Below, piece after piece: positions 10,368 through 20,706 of a DNA stretch of 64,000 nt. Position numbers and translations under genes: made by a program. The notes under the pieces are model-generated. The model ran no database searches, was not told where the DNA came from, and saw only the letters and a program-made list of their open reading frames with translations. Each line of letters begins with the position of its first letter. Position 1 is the first letter of the stretch. The stretch lies in contig CAWFQL010000011.1 in NCBI GenBank assembly GCA_963817915.1, positions 128,001 through 192,000 of the forward strand, given 5' to 3'. This DNA is from an uncultured candidate division Zixibacteria bacterium (GTDB lineage Bacteria; Zixibacteria; MSB-5A5; UBA10806).

Positions 10368-10913
10368 ATGATACGCGAAGAAGCGCTGCAATGGGTACAA
10401 TCGGAATTAACCAATAAGAATCTCGTGAAGCATGTTCTCGCGGTCGAGGCTTCCTGCAGATGCCTGGCCGAGCATTTCGGGGAGGATCCTGAGGTATGGG
10501 CCATGGCGGGGCTGCTCCATGATATCGATTATGAACATACAAAGGACAACCCTCAAAGACATACCGTAATGGCATCGGAATGGCTCAAAGAAAAAGGATT
10601 TGATGATAACATAATACACGCTATAATGGCACATGCGTCGGCGGTCAAACCAGAATCCAAATTCGATTGGACATTATTCTGTGTCGATCCCGCCACAGGC
10701 TTGATAGTAGCGGCGGCCCTGATGCACCCATCGAAAACGCTGGCAGGTTTGGATATAGAATTCATAATGAAGCGATTTAAAGAAAAAAGATTCGCCGCCG
10801 GGGCAAGGAGAGAAGATATCGCCGCCTGCTCCAATTTAGGCTTACCAACCGAGGATTTTCTGAAACTTGTTCTTGAAGGCATGCAGAGGATTTCCAATGA
10901 GCTTGGGTTATAG
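10368..10913 (+). CDS. HD (HDIG-type) metal-dependent phosphohydrolase
   Basis: KHVLAVEA, GLLHDIDYE, AH, KRFKEKRFAAG. Confidence 0.9.
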   Translation: MIREEALQWVQSELTNKNLVKHVLAVEASCRCLAEHFGEDPEVWAMAGLLHDIDYEHTKDNPQRHTVMASEWLKEKGFDDNIIHAIMAHASAVKPESKFDWTLFCVDPATGLIVAAALMHPSKTLAGLDIEFIMKRFKEKRFAAGARREDIAACSNLGLPTEDFLKLVLEGMQRISNELGL

Positions 10914-11247
10914 GAAAGTAGTTCTAATCATCATATTGGTGGCATCGCTATCGTCAGTATGCCTTGCCGGTCAGCATAGTAATGATCGATGGTTTGCCAA
11001 AGACAAATACCAGCATTTTGCGGTTTCCGCATTTTACTCGGCGGGGACAACTTTGGTGGCTCATCGGCATTTCGAAATGGGCCAGGAAAAATCGATGGCG
11101 ATTGGAATAGGAATTACACTTTCATTGGGAGCGGCAAAAGAGGGATGGGATTACAAATCCCGAAAAGGCACTGCCAGTATCAAGGATTTTATCTGGGATA
11201 TCGCCGGAGCGCTGACGGGCGCGCTGGTAATCGGGCTGACTGAATGA
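10867..11247 (+). CDS. YfiM/DUF2279-like membrane or secreted protein
   Basis: DRWFAKDKYQHF, GAAKEGWD, SIKDFIWDIAG motifs; true start probably near 10897. Confidence 0.75.
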   Translation: MFLKACRGFPMSLGYRKVVLIIILVASLSSVCLAGQHSNDRWFAKDKYQHFAVSAFYSAGTTLVAHRHFEMGQEKSMAIGIGITLSLGAAKEGWDYKSRKGTASIKDFIWDIAGALTGALVIGLTE

Positions 11248-12479
11248 AATATTCGAAGACAAAAATATTCACTTGGTCGCTGTATGATTTTGCCGATACG
11301 ATATTCTCAATGAATGTCGTCAGCCTCAATTTCCCGCTGATGATAAAAAATGTCTATAACGGCGCGGATATTTATCTTTCAATTGCCAGATCGACCGCGA
11401 TGATCGTTGTAGCATTGACTATGCCGCTTGCCGGAATAGTGGCCGATAAATATCGCCGCCGAATGCCATTGACAATCTTCTTTACAGTCGCCTGCTGCCT
11501 GGCCACTGTATTCATGGGTCAAACCAATTCCATGATCATCGATCTGGTTCTTTTCGGAATAGCCCTCTATGCCTATTCATCGGCAATGGTCTTTTACAAT
11601 GCTATTTTGCCTCAGATATCGGGCCCGGATAGAATGGGGCGGGTTTCCGGCTATGGAGTGGCATTGGGGTATATTGGCACCATATTTGGCCTGACGGTAG
11701 TAGGCTCAATTACAGGGTCGAGGGAATATTCAGCGATCTTTCCGTTGACGGCGATGTTCTTCTTTATATTCGCAATGCCATTTTTTATTACCGTAAAAGA
11801 TGAGGCTCCGGAAAAGCTCAGAGGCGTCTGGAAAATGACTGTGGAATCCATGAAACGGATATCAGATGTCTATGTAGACGCCAAATCCAAGCCTGGAATG
11901 CTCCGTTTTCTACTTGGCAGGTTCTTTGTAGTCGAGGCGCTGGAGACAATCATATTTTTCATGGCCATATATTTAAAAGAGGCGGTCGGTTTTTCCGATG
12001 CTGGCCCATTCTGGGGGAATCTTAACGAGATTACCGTCTTTCTAATTATAGTGACCATATTTACGGCGGCAGGTTCATTCGCATGGGGTTTTATTACCGA
12101 GAAGTTCGGCCCTCGAAACGCTTTATTCGCCAATGTGATTATATGGATAGTGACGCTAACCGGCATAATATTCTTCTCCGATAAAACAATCTTTTTCGTT
12201 CTGGGCTCGCTCGCCGGGATTTCGCTTGGCGGCGTCTGGACTGCTGAACGGCCGCTGCTGATAAACCTTGTCAATGACAATGAAAAATTGGCCGGCTATT
12301 TCGGCCTGTTTGCATTGTCGGGGCGAATGGCGGCTGTCGCGGGGCCGTTGATATGGGGAATCACAGTCGCGGTCTTTGATTCTTTCGGTCCGATAAGATA
12401 TCGATTCGCTGTCGGTTCCATTCTAATAATGATGATAGCGGGAATTATTATTTTAAGGAAAGTCCCCGATGCCAGATAG
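11244..12479 (+). CDS. MFS transporter (UMF1/Atg22-like)
   Basis: WSLYDFA, FYNAILP, GRVSGYGVALGYIG, about 12 TM segments. Confidence 0.9.
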   Translation: MKYSKTKIFTWSLYDFADTIFSMNVVSLNFPLMIKNVYNGADIYLSIARSTAMIVVALTMPLAGIVADKYRRRMPLTIFFTVACCLATVFMGQTNSMIIDLVLFGIALYAYSSAMVFYNAILPQISGPDRMGRVSGYGVALGYIGTIFGLTVVGSITGSREYSAIFPLTAMFFFIFAMPFFITVKDEAPEKLRGVWKMTVESMKRISDVYVDAKSKPGMLRFLLGRFFVVEALETIIFFMAIYLKEAVGFSDAGPFWGNLNEITVFLIIVTIFTAAGSFAWGFITEKFGPRNALFANVIIWIVTLTGIIFFSDKTIFFVLGSLAGISLGGVWTAERPLLINLVNDNEKLAGYFGLFALSGRMAAVAGPLIWGITVAVFDSFGPIRYRFAVGSILIMMIAGIIILRKVPDAR

Positions 12480-13512
12480 AAAAATGCATGAAATTGTCGG
12501 AGTGATTCATATTCATTCCACCTACTCCGATGGCAGCAAGGGCATTGATGAGATCGCGAAAATCGGGGAAACTGCCGGGCTCGATTACTTGATGTTTTGC
12601 GATCATATGACATTGCAGCCGTTGCGAGATGGTCACGAGGCATTTCATGGCAAAACCGCCGTAATTATCGGGTATGAGATTGAAGACTCGGCCAATGAAA
12701 ATCATTTTCTGGCATTTGGGATGAGCGATGAATTGCCAAACGGCCTTGCCGCCCCGGAATATGTAAAAGGAGTCAGGGAATCAGGGGGATTGGGGATAAT
12801 CGCCCATCCCGATGAAGTCCGTCGAGCATTGCCGAAATATCCGAGTTTCCCATGGACCGCTTGGGAAGCACTTGATTTTGACGGCCTGGAGATATGGAAT
12901 CACATGTCGGCCTGGCTGGAATCGCTCAAAAGATCGAATATGCTAAAGATGGCATTGAGTCCGCGGCGAAGCCTCCAGGGGCCGACCTCGCGCGTCCTCG
13001 CCAAATGGGATGAGCTGGCGCAGACCCGCAATGTCGCCGGCATAGGCTCTGCCGATGTTCACGCGCATGCCTACCGCAAAGGGCCCATCAGATTGATAAT
13101 ATTCCCATATAAGGTCCAGTTCAGAGCAATCAGGACACATTTATTGCTGGATGCGCCTTTATCGGAAGATATCCGGGCGGCAAAATCACAAATTATAGAC
13201 GCTATTAGAAAAACTCGTGTTTTCGTATCGCATTATCGATGGGGTGATGCTCGTGGTTTTGAATTCTATGCTGAATCCGGAGGAAATAGGTTCGATATGG
13301 GGGATAATATCAAGTTTGCCGCAGACGTGACGCTTCACGCAAAGGCGCCGCTTCCTGGAGAGATAAGAATAGTCGCCGATGGCAATACTGCCAAATCATT
13401 CTATGGTGATAATCTTATTTACAAAGTGAATAGGCCCGGAATCTATAGGGTTGAATTATATCGCGATGGCAAGGGATGGATTTTTTCTAATCACATCAGG
13501 ATTTTGGCATAA
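12469..13512 (+). CDS. PHP-domain metallohydrolase (CehA/McbA-like)
   Basis: HIHSTYSDG, CDH, IAHP, LEIWN, GSADVH, C-terminal WIFSNHI. Confidence 0.85.
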   Translation: MPDRKMHEIVGVIHIHSTYSDGSKGIDEIAKIGETAGLDYLMFCDHMTLQPLRDGHEAFHGKTAVIIGYEIEDSANENHFLAFGMSDELPNGLAAPEYVKGVRESGGLGIIAHPDEVRRALPKYPSFPWTAWEALDFDGLEIWNHMSAWLESLKRSNMLKMALSPRRSLQGPTSRVLAKWDELAQTRNVAGIGSADVHAHAYRKGPIRLIIFPYKVQFRAIRTHLLLDAPLSEDIRAAKSQIIDAIRKTRVFVSHYRWGDARGFEFYAESGGNRFDMGDNIKFAADVTLHAKAPLPGEIRIVADGNTAKSFYGDNLIYKVNRPGIYRVELYRDGKGWIFSNHIRILA

Positions 13513-13580
13513 AAAAAGGGCGAAACAATGCCAAGGTAGAGGGGGGCTGAAACTACCCAAACATTAACGTCTCACCCTTA
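13511..13580 (-). ncRNA. Candidate ~70 nt small RNA or long terminator hairpin
   Basis: Minus-strand long stem with G-U pairs (C-A mismatches on +), C-rich loop, U7 tail, TATAAT about 7 nt upstream. Confidence 0.4.
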
Positions 13581-13679
13581 AATCTTATTATAAATATGAC
13601 TCTAAGCGGTGCATGTCAAGGAGATAATTGTCGATTTTACCGTCTCCTTTGATGCTCCCCTTAAAGAACCTCTTGCTGC

Positions 13680-13883
13680 TCAAGAAATTAAATCTGTTAT
13701 GAGACTTTGCAATTCCGATTTGTAATCTCCGGTAGATAATTTTGATTTGAAGGCGCTTTGGTTGACAATGAGTGTCTCAGCGCTCTTTACCATTTCCGCT
13801 GTCATACCTCGCGAAGCCATCCGAGCTGGGCGGTCCATTTGCTGTGAACCTGATTCTAATCCTTTGGTGCTTGGTAGTCTCAT
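13680..13883 (-). CDS. Small protein resembling a flagellar rod/hook C-terminal (Flg_bbr_C-like) helix
   Basis: AEMVKSAETLIVNQSAFKSKL...ELQSLITDL pattern; AGGA SD; upstream GCCGATAT. Confidence 0.4.
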   Translation of the reverse strand: MRLPSTKGLESGSQQMDRPARMASRGMTAEMVKSAETLIVNQSAFKSKLSTGDYKSELQSLITDLIS

Positions 13884-14049
13884 AATTTCCTACAGCGATA
13901 ATATCGGCACAAAATCCCATATCCATTAATATTTCCCTCAGTGTCTAATCGCAGTTAATAAGAGATTTCAATAATAGATATTGTTAATGAACGGGGAAAA
14001 TCGGCGCATATTCAGGAAGTAAGGACAAGGGCCCTCGATATTTCTCTGA

Positions 14050-14078
14050 TTGACTTAATTTTGTGAGAAGACTAAAAT
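14050..14078 (+). promoter_or_regulatory. Sigma70 promoter, leaderless configuration
   Basis: TTGACT-N17-TAAAAT-N6-ATG(14085). Confidence 0.7.
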
Positions 14079-14084
14079 AACCTT

Positions 14085-16097
14085 ATGTCAAATAAACCTG
14101 TCGACAGGCCGGGTCTTTTCTATGGTATAAAATTAAGGCATGCAGTTGCCCTATTAACCTGCCTGGCAACTATCTTGATATTGGCAGGCTTCTTTTCAGT
14201 CTCTGCCGGTCAAAAAGCGGCATTGGAGACTGTTACCTCGCAGGGACAGGCTCTGACCGAGACACTTCTGTCATCGGCTGGCATAATAATCGAATCCGAT
14301 AAACAAATTACTCAGTTGGCCATTCAGCGCCTGGTGGAATTGGTGGCCGATTACGATATTGACCAAAAAATTCCCGATGAAAGCAAATTTGAAAGCTTGC
14401 GGCAGGCATTGGGCGCATCCAAAATGGTCCTGATAGAAAAAAACAAGGTCAGCATGTCATCATCGGATGCTATTACAACTCTTAGCAACGACAAAATAAT
14501 CGAATGGCTCGATTCTCTCCAGATTGATCCTGATGCCGAGGTGATTTATGAATTCTCTACTGTCGGAGAGAGCAGAATATTCTGGGGATATTTTCCAATA
14601 ACAAATACCCTCGGTTTATTTGCCGCGATCGACTGGAAATACGGCCAATATGGCAATTCCAAATTGAGCCTCTACGATCTGCTCAATCGTGTCGGCCAGG
14701 AAACCGGTGTCGAATATATCATGATGCAGAATCAGGACGGTATCGTATTCGCCTCGAAGAAGATCCTGAGCATGCCGCGTCTTGCCGATGACCAATTCCT
14801 GGTCGACGCTCTCAAAAACGACACCACCCGCAGTCGGCTGATGATGTTCCAGGACAGACAGGTATTGGAATGTATAAGGAAATTCAAGTCCAGCGAATTT
14901 GAAGGTGTTTTTCGCGTAGGGTTATCACTTTACGGTTATCGTGAAATAGCCGCAGGCATGAAACGGCAGGTCTGGCTGGTGGTGGCCGCGCTGATTATTC
15001 TCGGAATGATCGGATTCGGAATCGTGGTCGGATTTCAGAATTTTGACGTACTGAAAAATAGCTTCAATAAGGCCCAAATAATCGCCCAAAGCCTTCTCGA
15101 TTCTATCCCCGGCCCCGTAATCGCGATTGATCACAATAAGATTATTACCGATATTAATTCCTCCGCCAGGAAGCTATTCGGAATATCCGCGATATCGCCT
15201 GTAGGCTCAGAGTATGTTAAGATATTTGCCGATGATCCATTTCACTTTAATGATATTCTCTCCAATGCCCGTGGCACTAATTTTGAAAAAATACTAGGGG
15301 ATAATAGCCAGCGGTTCTTCATTACGGCCACCCCATTAATCGAAAAAAATGGCGTGTTGATGGGAGCTATCGCCATTGCTCAGGATATCACCGATGTCAG
15401 GCGGATGGAAGAGATGTCCGAATCCAGACGCAGACTTTCGGAACTGGGTGCGCTGGCGGCATCGATGGCGCATGAAGTGCGAAATCCCCTCAACGCCATT
15501 GGAATCACGATCCAGCGTATGAAAAGCGAAATAAAGCCCGCTGAAAAAGAAGAAGATTACGCGCGTTTTCTCGACGGTCTTAAAAACGAAATCAAACGGC
15601 TAAATGAAATTATCGAAAAATTCCTCGCCGTTGCCCGTTCTGTTCGGCCGGAAATGGCGGAATATGATATTAATGATTTAATAACGCCAACCCTTGATTT
15701 ATTCAAGGGCCAGGCAGCTTTGAAAAATATAAAGATAAATAGTAATATCAAATCAGGTTTGAAGATATACTGCGATAAGGCCGGAATTACGCAGAGCCTT
15801 ATTAATATTATCAAAAATAGCATTGAGGCGATCCGGAGCGATGGCAAAATAGATGTCAACGCAAGCGATGAGAACGGGAAAATAAGAATTTCAATAATAG
15901 ATGACGGGCCCGGAATCGCCGATATCAATATCGCCATGAAACCATTTTATACATCCAAGATGGACGGCACCGGTCTTGGCCTGGCCACGGCCTCGAAGAT
16001 AGTCGCAGACCATGGCGGCGAGATGATAATCGAATCCTCGCCCGGCAAAGGGTGCAGGGTCGACTTTGTATTACCAAAAAAGGAAAATTCCAAATGA
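14085..16097 (+). CDS. Membrane PAS-domain sensor histidine kinase (ZraS/AtoS-like)
   Basis: Two TM helices, PAS, H-box [28 protein letters not shown]. Confidence 0.93.
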   Translation: MSNKPVDRPGLFYGIKLRHAVALLTCLATILILAGFFSVSAGQKAALETVTSQGQALTETLLSSAGIIIESDKQITQLAIQRLVELVADYDIDQKIPDESKFESLRQALGASKMVLIEKNKVSMSSSDAITTLSNDKIIEWLDSLQIDPDAEVIYEFSTVGESRIFWGYFPITNTLGLFAAIDWKYGQYGNSKLSLYDLLNRVGQETGVEYIMMQNQDGIVFASKKILSMPRLADDQFLVDALKNDTTRSRLMMFQDRQVLECIRKFKSSEFEGVFRVGLSLYGYREIAAGMKRQVWLVVAALIILGMIGFGIVVGFQNFDVLKNSFNKAQIIAQSLLDSIPGPVIAIDHNKIITDINSSARKLFGISAISPVGSEYVKIFADDPFHFNDILSNARGTNFEKILGDNSQRFFITATPLIEKNGVLMGAIAIAQDITDVRRMEEMSESRRRLSELGALAASMAHEVRNPLNAIGITIQRMKSEIKPAEKEEDYARFLDGLKNEIKRLNEIIEKFLAVARSVRPEMAEYDINDLITPTLDLFKGQAALKNIKINSNIKSGLKIYCDKAGITQSLINIIKNSIEAIRSDGKIDVNASDENGKIRISIIDDGPGIADINIAMKPFYTSKMDGTGLGLATASKIVADHGGEMIIESSPGKGCRVDFVLPKKENSK

Positions 16098-17432
16098 GAA
16101 TAATGGTAGTCGATGACGAAGCTCATCAGCGGGAGCTTTTAGCGGAGTTTCTCGAAAAAAATGGTCATCAGGTAATGAGGGCATCCGATGGCCAGGAGGC
16201 GATCGAATTTCTGAAGATCGATGGGGCCGAGGCGGCATTAGTAGATCTGCAGATGCCTCGCATGGACGGCCTGACCTTCATAAAGAAAGCCCTCGAGCTC
16301 TATCCCGATATGGGGATTGTTGTCATGACCGCCTACGGAACGGTAGAATCCGCAGTTCAGGCAATGAAATCAGGCGCCGCCGATTTCCTACTCAAGCCGA
16401 TCGAGCTCGATCATGTCATGATAATCCTGAAAAAAATCGAATCTAATCTCAGGCTTATCGCGGAAAATCGCTATCTAAAAAGAAAATTGGAGCAGGTCGA
16501 GAATTTCGAGGGAATTATCGGAGAATCGAATGGCATCAAAAAAGTGCTTTCCGAGATCGCCCGTATATCCCAATCCGACGCCACGGTGCTTATCAGAGGC
16601 GAATCGGGGACAGGCAAGGAGCTTGTGGCCCGCGCCATTCATTTCGCATCGCCGCGGGCCGCAGGGCCGTTACTGGCGGTAAATTGCACTTCTCTGCCCG
16701 AGACGCTCCTCGAATCAGAGCTGTTCGGTCATGAAAGAGGATCGTTTACGGGAGCGGTCGCGCGGCATCTGGGCCGTTTCGAACTTGCCAATAACGGCAC
16801 TCTTATTCTTGGATGAAATCGGCGATATCTCCCAGCCGATACAGGCAAAACTCTTGCGAGTCCTCGAAACTCATACCTTCCAGCGGCTCGGCGGAGAGAA
16901 GGATATCGCGGTCAATGTTCGAATACTGGCCGCCACCAATCGCGACCTGGAAGCGAAGGTCAAGGATGGCAGCTTCAGGGAAGATCTCTTTTACCGATTA
17001 AATGTTATTCCTATAGTGATTCCGCCACTGCGCTCAAGAAAAGATGACATACTTCGTCTGGTCGAGTATTTTATCGCAAAGTACAATAAGAAGAATAACA
17101 AATCCATTAGGGCGTTGACTCCTAAAGCGCGAGACCTGCTACTAGGTCATTCTTGGCCCGGCAATGTCCGCGAGCTTGAGAATGTCATCGAACGAGCCAT
17201 AGTCCTGTCGCAGAGCGATATTATCGATGTGGATGATATCAATCCATTTACGGCCGAAAATAGAGCTTCAGAGCTTATGACCGACAATCTGAATCTGGAA
17301 TCGGCTGAAAAAGAGATTATAACGCGAGCTCTGCAAAAAACGGATGGCAGCCTGGCTCAAGCCGCAGAATTGCTTGGAATACACAGAAATACATTAAGAT
17401 TAAAAATAAATAAATATCAGATCAAAATTTAA
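16094..17432 (+). CDS. Sigma54-dependent response regulator (NtrC family); frameshift near 16804
   Basis: REC domain, [21 protein letters not shown] restored by deleting one T, WPGNVREL, Fis HTH. Confidence 0.92.
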
Positions 17433-17470
17433 TGCACAATTGGCTTTCGCCGTGAACAATAATTGTGCAT
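17432..17470. promoter_or_regulatory. Inverted repeat, probable enhancer-binding-protein site
   Basis: ATGCACAATT...AATTGTGCAT, containing TGAAC-N7-GTGCA (NtrC-like). Confidence 0.55.
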
Positions 17471-17543
17471 CGCGATCAAGCGGATAACTGCCATATATTA
17501 TTTAACTTACTGTTCAATAACGAGTTAACCTTATAGTTTATTG

Positions 17544-17558
17544 TGGCACGATAATTGA
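17544..17558 (+). promoter_or_regulatory. Sigma54 promoter
   Basis: TGGCACGATAATTGA (GG-N10-GA, one mismatch at -12). Confidence 0.6.
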
Positions 17559-17591
17559 GTTAATGTCAGGCATGATGAATAGGAGGACAAA

Positions 17592-18488
17592 ATGAATTTC
17601 AGCAAGTTACCAATGGTAAAAAAGGTAGAATTAGCGATTCTTACGGTTTTGGTTTTAGGATTATTATTTATGGCATGTGATAATCGTGGAACGGTTTATG
17701 TCAATTCACAGGATAATATCGCCCCAGCAGTGCCTACTGGAATACGAACTGTCACAATGGATCGGGAAGTCAGAATTTATTGGAATCCAGTTATAATGGA
17801 TCCTCAGTATGATAACCTTGGCGGCTATAGGGTTTGGCGGAGTACGGACAATCTTCAATTTACACATATCGGCACTGTTGGCCATGATGTCACCGAATAT
17901 TCTGATACTGACGTCATCAATGGCACGACCTATTGGTATGGCGTAAGCTCATTCAATAATAATGGTGTCGAGTCCAAAGTCTCATTCGATTATGAGACAG
18001 CATTCGATACGCCGCGCCCTGAAGGTTTCGACGATACTTTGTTTTCATATCTCGTGCCTGGCTATAATTTAAGGTCGGGATTTGATTTTCACGCTGAAAA
18101 CAGGGTGCCCTGGGATTTTACTTCATGCGATTTCTTTCTTGAATACGATACTACCAGCAGCATTCAGACCTATTTCCTCTGGCTCGGGAATAATGGAGCC
18201 TATATTCAAGACATGGGATATACGGATAGTTTCGATGATATCACATTCGCTCCCAACCAAGGCTGGTCAACATTCAGCTATATTGAAGCTATCCTGGGTC
18301 ACACTTATGTAATCTGGACAGCAGATAACCATTATGCCAAGGTGAGAGTAAAAGAATTCTATGTCGATCCCGCTCGCAGTATTGTGTTTGACTGGGGATT
18401 TCAAATTGCCGCAGGCAATCGCGAGCTCAAGATTGCGCCTCCCAATGGCGTTACAGTGGGCGCGACAAACAATAACGCGGTTCAGTGA
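17592..18488 (+). CDS. Fibronectin type III domain lipoprotein
   Basis: SD AGGAGG, lipobox FMAC, APAVPTG..W..GYRVWRS..NGTTYWYGVSS. Confidence 0.8.
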   Translation: MNFSKLPMVKKVELAILTVLVLGLLFMACDNRGTVYVNSQDNIAPAVPTGIRTVTMDREVRIYWNPVIMDPQYDNLGGYRVWRSTDNLQFTHIGTVGHDVTEYSDTDVINGTTYWYGVSSFNNNGVESKVSFDYETAFDTPRPEGFDDTLFSYLVPGYNLRSGFDFHAENRVPWDFTSCDFFLEYDTTSSIQTYFLWLGNNGAYIQDMGYTDSFDDITFAPNQGWSTFSYIEAILGHTYVIWTADNHYAKVRVKEFYVDPARSIVFDWGFQIAAGNRELKIAPPNGVTVGATNNNAVQ

Positions 18489-18545
18489 TAGGGATTTGAT
18501 ATTATGAAGATCGCAGGGATATTTGAGAAATTAAGGAGGTTTGAT

Positions 18546-19982
18546 ATGAGAAAGATTATGTTCGCAATCGTGACGCTGATGCTGTTCGGAACAGCGTCGG
18601 CGCTTGAACCGGAAGGGATGTATTATCAGTCCGGTTCGGGACCCAACATCGATGTTTGGACTAATAAAGGCAACAATTCAACCTACTATTTCGGCGAAGA
18701 TGTTGCGGTGTATTTCCGCGCCGATAGAGATTGCTACGCGGTCGTGTACGATATCGATCCGTCGGGGCAGGTCAATGTTTTATATCCTTCCGGGCCTTAC
18801 GGAAGCTGCTTTGTCGAGGGAGATAAGGTTTATCGTGTACCGGATTATAATGATGACTTCAAAATGGAAGTCTCTGATAATTCCGGCAACGAGCATATCT
18901 TCGCGGTCGCAAGCTATGATCATATATCTCCACCCGATTTTATCAGATACATCAACTATGATTACGGCAATTCCGGCGACTACGATGATAATTACTTTGT
19001 TCTCCAGGTGCGCGGTGATATGGACGATTTCGTCAGACGGATCGATGGCCGTATAGTTAGAAATGATTATTCTGTCGCCCATGTCAGCTTTAATGTCGAT
19101 AGCGGTTATCGTCCGATGAGGCATTATCGTTACTGGGATTACGATCCTTACGATGTCGGTTCGGTCTGGGTCGGATGCAATTTCCCAGGCTCCGAAATCT
19201 GGATTGACGGCGTCTACTATGGTATCTCACCTCTCCTGATTCCCCAGATAGTAGTCGGTTATCATTGGATCTGGATGTACTACGGAGGCTACCCTTGCTA
19301 CCAGAGAAACTTCTACGTGGGATATTCTCAGCGATTCTATATCGATGCCGACATAGATTATCATTTCAGGGATTACAGATATAGGCATGACACATTCCAC
19401 GGATGGCAATTTGGAGAGAAGAAATACCGCAATGATGATGGTTTTATTGAAAGATCCAAGCAGTTAAGAGATAATAGAGTTCGCACCAGGGCTCTTCCTG
19501 CGAAGATTGTTCGAGATTATGAAGCAAGGGGAGTAATTCACAAGGACTCGCAGATCATCAAACGTCTCGGCAATGATTCTTACGATCGCGATTCGAATAA
19601 CAGGGTAATCAAACGCGGCGAAATGGTGAAGACTCCACGGGAGAATGCTCCCGAAGTCAGGTCCAAGGCTGACGAATCAAACCGCACCAATGATAAAGGC
19701 GAAGTCAAAAGAATATGGGAAGGCAATCGCAATTATAATCCATCCGATAGAGAACAGCCATCCCAGAAGCCATCGATAGACGCCAAACGAAATCAGCAAT
19801 CGGATGAAGGACGTAAGATAGAGAATAAAACTCCCGAACGTTCCACTGAAAAGGCCGCGCCATCCAGAAGCTACCAGCCTTCGAATGAGAAAAAGTCCTC
19901 ACCAAAGGAATCCGGGCGCGAATCAAAATCATCGCGAAATTCAGACCGTTCATCTGAAAAGGAAAAAGGAAAGAAGCGATGA
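18546..19982 (+). CDS. Secreted DUF4384/PEGA domain protein with low-complexity charged tail
   Basis: SD AGGAGG, signal peptide, YYFGEDV...DPSGQVNVLYP, GSEIWIDGVYYGISPL. Confidence 0.7.
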   Translation: MRKIMFAIVTLMLFGTASALEPEGMYYQSGSGPNIDVWTNKGNNSTYYFGEDVAVYFRADRDCYAVVYDIDPSGQVNVLYPSGPYGSCFVEGDKVYRVPDYNDDFKMEVSDNSGNEHIFAVASYDHISPPDFIRYINYDYGNSGDYDDNYFVLQVRGDMDDFVRRIDGRIVRNDYSVAHVSFNVDSGYRPMRHYRYWDYDPYDVGSVWVGCNFPGSEIWIDGVYYGISPLLIPQIVVGYHWIWMYYGGYPCYQRNFYVGYSQRFYIDADIDYHFRDYRYRHDTFHGWQFGEKKYRNDDGFIERSKQLRDNRVRTRALPAKIVRDYEARGVIHKDSQIIKRLGNDSYDRDSNNRVIKRGEMVKTPRENAPEVRSKADESNRTNDKGEVKRIWEGNRNYNPSDREQPSQKPSIDAKRNQQSDEGRKIENKTPERSTEKAAPSRSYQPSNEKKSSPKESGRESKSSRNSDRSSEKEKGKKR

Positions 19983-20350
19983 TTTACCGACTGCTCCTGA
20001 TAATCATATTGGCGCAGATAATCTTTGCGGGCGAGGTTCTGGCGGTGAAAAGAGTGCCCAAGGACGCGACTCAGGCTCAAAAGGATACTACAACGAAGGT
20101 CAATCCTCCTCCGAATCAGCCCGGCACAAACAGGCAACCCGGTTCGCAGGCCCCACAGCAAAAGATTCCGATTGGAAGACCGGGAAATCGGCCCAACCAG
20201 CCGGATAGAGGCAAGGCAATCGATAAGGATAAATTCATCGATGAAGACGGCGATGGGATCAATGATAAAATCAAAAAGCCGCCTGAAATCATAAAGAAGA
20301 AGAGAGACATTAATCAGGATTCATCAAAGCAAAAGAAGAATTCACGCTAA
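19979..20350 (+). CDS. Small secreted Pro/Gln-rich protein with Ca-binding-like loop
   Basis: Signal peptide, FIDEDGDGIND motif, ATGA overlap. Confidence 0.65.
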   Translation: MIYRLLLIIILAQIIFAGEVLAVKRVPKDATQAQKDTTTKVNPPPNQPGTNRQPGSQAPQQKIPIGRPGNRPNQPDRGKAIDKDKFIDEDGDGINDKIKKPPEIIKKKRDINQDSSKQKKNSR

Positions 20351-20373
20351 AGCAGATTAAGCAATAATTTATT

Positions 20374-20405
20374 GAGCCCCGCCGACCGCAAGCGGGGCTC
20401 TTTTG
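20374..20405 (+). terminator. Rho-independent terminator
   Basis: GAGCCCCGC-loop-GCGGGGCTC followed by TTTTT. Confidence 0.9.
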
Positions 20406-20523
20406 TTATTCAATGGCTCCAGTCAATTGCAGCCCAAAACCCCCTTAGTTTTGGGGCATGTTCCCTAATCTCTTCGAGATTTTGGCTACTTGGACCCCGC
20501 GCCCGCCCGATTAATAATGAAAT

Positions 20524-20597
20524 CGCAGCGGTTTGATTTATCAAATCCGCCCGCAAAAGAACGATTATTCCCGTAGGGGCACAACATGCTGTGCCCT
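20524..20597. repeat. Degenerate REP-like palindromes
   Basis: GCGGTTTGATTTATCAAATCCGC and GTAG-GGGCACA-ACATGC-TGTGCCC. Confidence 0.55.
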
Positions 20598-20706
20598 CCC
20601 TTCCCTGCCCCGCAAGGAATCCTTTCCTTACAGCTTCTCGCAAATAAACGATACCATTTCCCAAAAAATCTGTTATACTACGGCAAGTAGTTTCGCCCAA
20701 ATAACA

